Source: an uncultured Gemmatimonadales bacterium | GTDB taxonomy: Bacteria > Gemmatimonadota > Gemmatimonadetes > Palauibacterales > Palauibacteraceae | Direction of reading: 5' to 3' | Assembly (NCBI GenBank): GCA_963783385.1 | Contig: CAWANJ010000009.1 | Coordinates: 448,001 to 512,000, forward strand | DNA: 64,000 nucleotides | Shown here: in pieces, positions 58,684 through 64,000 of the stretch | How positions within the stretch are numbered: position 1 is the stretch's first letter | Layout: the number at the start of each line of letters is the position of its first letter | Made by a program: the position numbers and the translations under genes | Notes under the pieces: model-generated | Told to the model about the DNA's origin: nothing | Seen by the model: the letters and a program-made list of their open reading frames with translations, nothing else | The model's database searches: none

Positions 58684-59058
58684 CTACCAGCCGTCTGAGC
58701 CGACCATCCAGCCCTGACCTGTAAGCGAGTCGAGGAGCACCTGTCCCGTCTTCCTGGGCCTCCCAGCGCGGCCGGGCAGGTTGTACTTCCAGAATGCGAC
58801 GCCCGCGTCCACCTCGACCGAGTCCGGAGGTCCGAGATGGGCGAGAAGTTGGCATGCGCTCCAGTCACTCTCCGGCGCATAGTGCTGGCCCTTCGGCAGG
58901 TCCCTGTGCAGCCGGCCGTAGGCCTCCAGGACCGCGTTGTAACTGCAGCCCCACCGCGCGGCGACCTCCTGGGTGATGAGCCTCGGTCGCTGGGCGCAGC
59001 TCGCGGACAGCACCACCACCACCGCGAACAGCGCGGGTCGCAGAGCCTTGGTCGTCAT
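58684..59058 (-). CDS. Small lipoprotein (cargo)
   Basis: GGAGG RBS; MTTKALRPALFAVVVVLSASC lipobox. Confidence 0.75.
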   Translation of the reverse strand: MTTKALRPALFAVVVVLSASCAQRPRLITQEVAARWGCSYNAVLEAYGRLHRDLPKGQHYAPESDWSACQLLAHLGPPDSVEVDAGVAFWKYNLPGRAGRPRKTGQVLLDSLTGQGWMVGSDGW

Positions 59059-59116
59059 GTGCAGCCTCCCGTCGAGTCCATGCGGCGCGCTGACTCCCGC
59101 GGTGCCCGGAGCGGTT

Positions 59117-59383
59117 TCAATGCCCAGCCGCCCCCATTGCTCCGAGGAACAGGCTTCCGAAGGCGAGCCAGACAAGGAACCAGAAGATCGCGAAGAGGAT
59201 GCCGGTGGCGAGCGTGCCGAGGAGCACGCCGCCGGCAATTCTGGCGGCGGACGGTCCTGTTGCCAGGCGCAGTGCCTCGCGCCCCTCGCGGGAGTCGCTC
59301 GGGTTCGGAGCGCCGCAGCTCGGACAGTAGGGTGCGGAGCTGGCGATGTTGACCTGGCATGTGTGGCAGGCAACGAGAGGCAC
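59117..59383 (-). CDS. Zinc-ribbon membrane protein (cargo)
   Basis: GGAGG RBS; LVACHTC...YCPSCG followed by a long hydrophobic segment. Confidence 0.75.
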   Translation of the reverse strand: MPLVACHTCQVNIASSAPYCPSCGAPNPSDSREGREALRLATGPSAARIAGGVLLGTLATGILFAIFWFLVWLAFGSLFLGAMGAAGH

Positions 59384-59522
59384 GCGGACCTCCAGGTGAG
59401 GGTTCGGTCGGGGGCGCGCAGGCCTCGAATATCTCCCGGTGCGCCCGGCGCCGGCAACGCCGACCCCGCGAGCGCCCGCCTTGCAGGACAGACCTGGCCG
59501 CCCCCAGACTCCTCGGCGCAAG

Positions 59523-59552
59523 CGGTGCCAGTAGCGGTGACAAACGGTGCCG
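59523..59552 (+). repeat. Putative arm-type repeats next to attR
   Basis: CGGTGCCAG (59523), CGGTGACAA (59535), CGGTGCCG (59545). Confidence 0.65.
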
Positions 59553-59638
59553 ATTCTGGCCGACGCGGACCAACGAAGAGAAACCGAAACGCCGCGTGAA
59601 ATGTGGCTCCTGAGCGTTGACTGACGACCGGAACTAGC

Positions 59639-59682
59639 TTGTGGCCCTGGAGGCCGCGGGTTCGAATCCCGTCGCTCACCCT
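59639..59682 (+). repeat. attR core (duplicated 3' half of tRNA-His)
   Basis: 44-bp identity to 41137-41180. Confidence 0.95.
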
Positions 59683-59735
59683 GTACACGCCGCCCCCGAA
59701 TCGGGCAGGGGCGCGAGCCTCCCGGAGGCCGAACG

Positions 59736-60059
59736 GTGACCGGACCATCCACCACCCTCGACCGACTTCACCAGCGCGTGCGGACTTTCGTGGACCTGGC
59801 CGCGCGCGTCGAGGCGGCGTTCGCCACGCCGGACGATGACGCCGGCCCGGCGGCCGAGCGGGTTCGGGAGGTGCGCCGACTGGCGAGCCGGCTCGGGTCG
59901 GAGAGCCGCGAGCTCCTGGACCGCCTGACGAAACTGTGCGGCCGCTCGCGCCTGCGCGTGATGCTCGGCCTCCTGGTGACGCGCGGGCGCCAGCGCCGCG
60001 TCGCGGAGCTGGCCCGCGAGGTGGCCGCCTCGCTGTCCGAGGCGACCGGGAGCGTCTGA
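59736..60059 (+). CDS. Hypothetical helical protein
   Basis: 107-aa ORF with backbone-like codon usage. Confidence 0.55.
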   Translation: MTGPSTTLDRLHQRVRTFVDLAARVEAAFATPDDDAGPAAERVREVRRLASRLGSESRELLDRLTKLCGRSRLRVMLGLLVTRGRQRRVAELAREVAASLSEATGSV

Positions 60060-60168
60060 GCCGGCCGGGCGGGCCGCAAGAGAGGTGAGCATGGGACGCA
60101 TAGTGGACTTCCTGGGCATGACGGTGGGCGGATGGGTCGGGTGGGCGGTCGGCGACCGGCTGTCGCTG
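60005..60168 (+). repeat. 164-bp direct repeat, copy 1
   Basis: Matches 61621-61784 with two substitutions. Confidence 0.92.
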
Positions 60169-60232
60169 GCTCCGTCACGGCGGCACAAATGAACGAAGGA
60201 GCGTTGACTCACGGACGAGCTTGAGAGACGAA

Positions 60233-61501
60233 ATGCGCATCACTTATCTGCATCAATACTTCAATACGCACTCGATGGCGGGCGGCACACGGTCTTTCGA
60301 GATGGCGCGCAGACTCGCCGCTAAAGGTCACGATATTACGGTGATCACGGCCCGCCGCGAAGCAGACGGCGCGAAAGCTTGGGTTACGACCCAGGAGTCA
60401 GGCGTCGAAGTGCATTGGTGCGCAGTTCCCTACTCGAATCGGATGAGCTTCTCCCAACGCATGCGCGCGTTCATGCACTTTGCCTGGGCGAGTGCACATC
60501 GCGCCGCTTCGTTACCTGCCAATGTCGTCTTTGCGACGAGCACGCCCCTGACGATCGCCTTGCCCGGCATGTATGCGGCTCGTCGCCGCCATGTGCCAAT
60601 GGTGTTCGAAATCCGCGATCTTTGGCCCGACGTCCCGATCGCGATGGGCATCCTGCAGAACGGTCCCCTTTCCTGGGCTGCCCGTTTCCTGGAAGGGCGG
60701 GCGTATTCGCGCGCGGCCAAAGTCGTCGCGCTGACGCCGACAATGCGGGATTTCCTCTCGGGAAAGGGGGTGCCGCTCGAGAAGATTGCGGTCATTCCCA
60801 ACGGGGCCGATCTCGACCGGTTCGAGTCCGGTGTGTCCCGTGGACGGGAACCGGGGGAGCGCATCACGGCGGCCGATACAGACCCTCGCACTGTCCTTTA
60901 CTGTGGGAGCCTCGGACCAGCGCACGGGCCGGGTTATATCCTGCGCCTCGCCGAGGCGCTGCTGACATCGAGCCCGGACGTTCAGATACTGGTGGTCGGG
61001 GACGGCAGCCTGCGACACAGTCTGCAGAAGCAAGCCGACGCATCCGGCTGCCTTGGTCGAACCATCAAGTTTGTCGGTCAGGTGCCGGCGTCGGAGGTGC
61101 CGAAATATTATGCAAGCAGCCGAGCTTCGCTCATGACGATGGCCGACTGCGAATTGCTGTACCGTCACTCCGTTCAGAACAAGTTCTTCGACAGCCTCGC
61201 GGCAGGGAGGCCGGTGTTTTCGAACTATACGGGTTGGTCGAGCGAGGTCGCGGAGAGGCATGGCGCCGGCGAGGTTCTGCCGCGCGACGATCTGCCGGCT
61301 GCAGCGGCAGCGCTGAGCGCCAGGCTGCACGATCCCGCGTGGTTGCTGCGGGCGGGGAAGGCGGCTCGGCGGCTCGCAGAAGAAGCTTTCAGCTATGACT
61401 TGCTGGTAGACGAGCTGGAAGAGATACTGGAGTCGGCAGTTAGGGATAGGAATTTCAAGCGGCCTCCTGCCTCCGAGGCAGGCGCTTCGATGGCAGAGTA
61501 G
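60233..61501 (+). CDS. GT4 family glycosyltransferase (WbuB-like), lower GC
   Basis: MRITYLHQYF...GGTRSFEMARRL, ATSTPL, FEIRDLWP, IPNGAD, NKFFDSLAAGRPV. Confidence 0.92.
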   Translation: MRITYLHQYFNTHSMAGGTRSFEMARRLAAKGHDITVITARREADGAKAWVTTQESGVEVHWCAVPYSNRMSFSQRMRAFMHFAWASAHRAASLPANVVFATSTPLTIALPGMYAARRRHVPMVFEIRDLWPDVPIAMGILQNGPLSWAARFLEGRAYSRAAKVVALTPTMRDFLSGKGVPLEKIAVIPNGADLDRFESGVSRGREPGERITAADTDPRTVLYCGSLGPAHGPGYILRLAEALLTSSPDVQILVVGDGSLRHSLQKQADASGCLGRTIKFVGQVPASEVPKYYASSRASLMTMADCELLYRHSVQNKFFDSLAAGRPVFSNYTGWSSEVAERHGAGEVLPRDDLPAAAAALSARLHDPAWLLRAGKAARRLAEEAFSYDLLVDELEEILESAVRDRNFKRPPASEAGASMAE

Positions 61502-61620
61502 AAGGGCGTGGTCCGCTCCGGCTCGGTGGCGTTCTTCTGGACGGACTGCGCCGGTATCAACCCGCTCGACGAAGCCGACTCGTACTTGACGATTCACTAG
61601 CGGCCTAGGGGTGCTTCGGA

Positions 61621-61784
61621 GGAGCTGGCCCGCGAGGTGGCCGCCTCGCTGTCCGAGGCGACCGGGAGCGTCTGAGCCGGCCGGGCGGGCCGCAAGAGAG
61701 GTGAGCATGGGACGCATGGTGGACTTCCTGGGCGTGACGGTGGGCGGATGGGTCGGGTGGGCGGTCGGCGACCGGCTGTCGCTG
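61621..61784 (+). repeat. 164-bp direct repeat, copy 2
   Basis: Matches 60005-60168. Confidence 0.92.
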
Positions 61785-61864
61785 TTCACGGCCATCCTCC
61801 TCTCCATCGTGGGCACGGGCGTCGGGCTGTACGTGGCCGGCGCTGGCTGGGCGACTACTTCTGA
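61707..61864 (+). CDS. Small two-TM glycine-rich membrane protein (1-base frameshift near the end); truncated copy at 60091-60192
   Basis: MGRMVDFLGVTVGGWVGWAVGDRLSLFTAILLSIVGTGVGLYVA then RRWLGDYF* in the shifted frame. Confidence 0.7.
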
Positions 61865-61957
61865 GCGGCGTCCGGGCGACTTCGGCGGTGAGCCGTCGAC
61901 GCGGCCCGCGGCATCGGCCCCGGGAACGGGCCCCCCGGCCCTGCGGACCGTAGCGCG

Positions 61958-63341
61958 GTGAAGATCACCTTCCTGGGCGCGGCGGGAACGGTCACCGGAT
62001 CGCGACACCTGGTCGAGACGGAGCGGCGCCGGGTACTGGTGGACTGCGGTCTCTTCCAGGGAATCAAGGTCCTCCGGCGCCGGAACCGGACTCCTCTCCC
62101 CGTGGAGCCGGCTTCCCTGGACGCCGTACTCCTGACCCACGCGCACATCGACCACAGTGGCTACCTCCCGGCCCTGGTCCGGGATGGCTTCCAGGGGCCG
62201 ATCTACGCTTCCCCACCGACCATCGACCTGTGCGGCATCCTCCTCCCCGACGCCGGGCGGCTTCAGGAGGAGGATGCGGGTTACGCCAACCGGAAGGGCT
62301 TCAGCCGGCACCGGCCGGCCCTCCCCCTGTACACCGAGGAGGACGCCGAGCGCGTGCTCCCGAGATTCGAGGGCCTGGACCTCGAGAGCCCCATCGACCT
62401 GGACGGGTTTCGCGTCGAAGCCCGGGGGGCCGGGCACATCCTGGGGGCGTGCAGCTACCGGCTGGAGGCCGGCGGGGCGAGCGCGCTGTTCTCCGGGGAC
62501 CTCGGACGCAGCACGGATCCGATCATGCCTCCCCCATCCCCCCCGCTGGCGGCGGACCGGTTCGTGATGGAGTCGACGTACGGCGACCGGCTGCACGACG
62601 GCGGCGACCCCGTGGCGGCCGTGGGCGAAGTCCTGCTCCGTACCGCGGAGCGCGGCGGTACGCTGCTCATCCCCGCCTTCGCGGTCGGCCGCTCGCAGCT
62701 TCTCCTGTTCTGCGTGGTGGAGGCCTTCAGGAGAGGACTGGCGCCGCGTGTGCCCGTGTACATGAACAGCCCGATGGCCACGAACGTCTCGGAGCTATAC
62801 GTGCGTCACGCGGCGTGGCATCGCCTGAGCCGGCGGCAGGTGGTCGAGATGTTCCGGGAGGTGACGTTCGTGCGGGAGGTCGAGGACTCCAAGGCCCTGG
62901 TACGCAGACACGGTCCCATGGTGGTGATCTCGGCGAGTGGGATGCTCACCGGAGGACGGGTGCTACACCATTCTCAAGGTCGTCGGACCCGACCCCGCCA
63001 GTACGATCCTCCTCGTAGGCTACCAGGCGGTAGGAACCCGCGGAGCGGCCATCGAGGCGGGTGCCGAGTCGGTCAAGGTCCACGGAGAATACGTCCCCAT
63101 CCGTTGCGAGGTCGTGTCGCTGGGAATGTTCTCCGCACACGCGGACCGGGACGAGCTCATGGCGTGGCTGGCCGGCGCGCCCGAGCCACCGGCGGAAGTG
63201 TGCCTGGTCCACGGAGAGCCGGCTTCATCCGATGCGCTCCGTCTCCGCATCGAGGAGCGACTCGGGTGGCCGGCGCGCCCGGTGGAGCAGGGTGAGACGG
63301 TCGTGGTCGACCGCTCCAGGCCGTCCGGCGAAGGGGCTTGA
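61958..63341 (+). CDS. MBL-fold beta-CASP ribonuclease, frameshift at ~62970
   Basis: GAAGTVTGS, DCGLFQG, THAHIDHSG, GHILG, ESTYG, FAVGR, SGMLTGGRVLHH, FSAHAD. Confidence 0.9.
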
Positions 63342-63508
63342 CTGGCGAGGATCAAGCCTCTATTTTACGCGGCTGTTGCAGATACCGCCCTTCACGGGAC
63401 CGGAGCTGCGGCGCCCGCCCGGCCACCGAATTGACAGAGGCCACGCGGGGCGCTATAGTTAGGATCCCTCGCGCGACGGGTTTCCTTCGCGCGAGCGTTA
63501 TTTGACAA
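63338..63508 (+). promoter_or_regulatory. Tandem rRNA promoters and boxA-like element
   Basis: TTGACT-17-TATTTT (63338-63366); TTGACA-17-TATAGT (63431-63459); CGTTATTTGACAA (63496-63508). Confidence 0.8.
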
Positions 63509-63691
63509 GGAAGACGTGAGTGGCGTGTGGGACCTCTTAACGGGACGCGGGCACCACTTCCCGTGTCCCCATGAGGAATCAAAGTGGATGTATTCCGAAC
63601 GCGCCCCGGGCCTCGCGGTCCGGGACCATGCGTTCACCAGGATGAAGCGGCTCGTGCCGGTCTGACCGACGCGGACGCTCCAGACTTCTCA

Positions 63692-64000
63692 TTATTGGAG
63701 AGTTTGATCCTGGCTCAGGACGAACGCTGGCGGCGTGCTTAACACATGCAAGTCGTGCGAGAAAGCCCCTTCGGGGGTGAGTACAGCGGCGGACGGGTGA
63801 GTAACACGTGAGTGATCTGCCTGGAGGCGGGGGACAACCCAGGGAAACTTGGGCTAATACCGCATACAGCGGCGGGCTTGGACGCCCGTCGTGAAAGCTG
63901 GCCTCTCCTTGGAAGCCAGCGCCTCTGGATGAGCTCGCGGCCTATCAGCTTGTTGGTGGGGTAACGGCCTACCAAGGCGGTGACGGGTAGCTGGCGTGAG
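63692..64000 (+). rRNA. rrs: 16S rRNA, 5' part
   Basis: AGAGTTTGATCCTGGCTCAG at 63699, ACACATGCAAGTC, GGACGGGTGAGTAA, CTAATACCGCAT. Confidence 0.98.

Larger units (their letters stand above)
41181..59682. mobile_element. ~18.5 kb integrated phage-satellite-like element in tRNA-His
   Basis: att duplication; integrase, replication, terminase and tape-measure genes; no recognisable capsid, portal or lysis genes. Confidence 0.9.

Noticed and set aside
59639-59682. Second tRNA-His
   Set aside because: Only the 3' 44 bp are present, with no D-arm or 5' acceptor strand; it is attR.
41181-59682. Complete autonomous prophage or ICE
   Set aside because: No portal, capsid, tail tube, lysis, relaxase or T4SS genes recognised, and too small.
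60005-61784. IS/composite transposon, or DGR template/variable repeat pair
   Set aside because: No transposase, terminal inverted repeats or reverse transcriptase; only two A/G differences, too few to imply adenine-directed mutagenesis.

Overview
High-GC bacterial chromosome segment. Gene content and the start of the 16S gene suggest Gemmatimonadota, but this is an inference. Scattered single-base frameshifts look like long-read assembly indels. (1) 1-41 kb is backbone rich in stress/dormancy-type genes: HPF-CSD, RtcB, two USPs, CBS protein, Zn-ADH, SDR, a P-type ATPase, a PAS kinase with a NarL regulator, and a second kinase whose phospho-His reads as Gln. It also holds a PIG-L/ABC operon, a BNR/VPS10 hydrolase, an ArsR-TolC-MFP-RND operon, acnA, hemQ/chdC and ychF. 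(2) An ~18.5 kb element (41181-59682) is integrated in tRNA-His(GTG), bounded by a 44-bp att duplication. It encodes a tyrosine integrase, a divergent regulatory switch, DnaB and AAA helicase-like proteins, an iteron-like origin, an Xis-like HTH, small and large terminase, a DEDDh exonuclease, an HK97-gp10-like protein and a ~3.3 kb tape-measure gene. I found no recognisable capsid, portal, tail-tube or lysis gene. It is best read as a candidate new phage-satellite type carrying its own packaging motor and tail ruler, and it is the main finding. It also contains structured non-coding elements, one with an anti-Shine-Dalgarno loop. (3) Right of attR lie a lower-GC glycosyltransferase between 164-bp direct repeats, a beta-CASP RNase, tandem rRNA promoters and the 5' end of 16S rRNA. 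All assignments are by eye from motifs; no database search was run.
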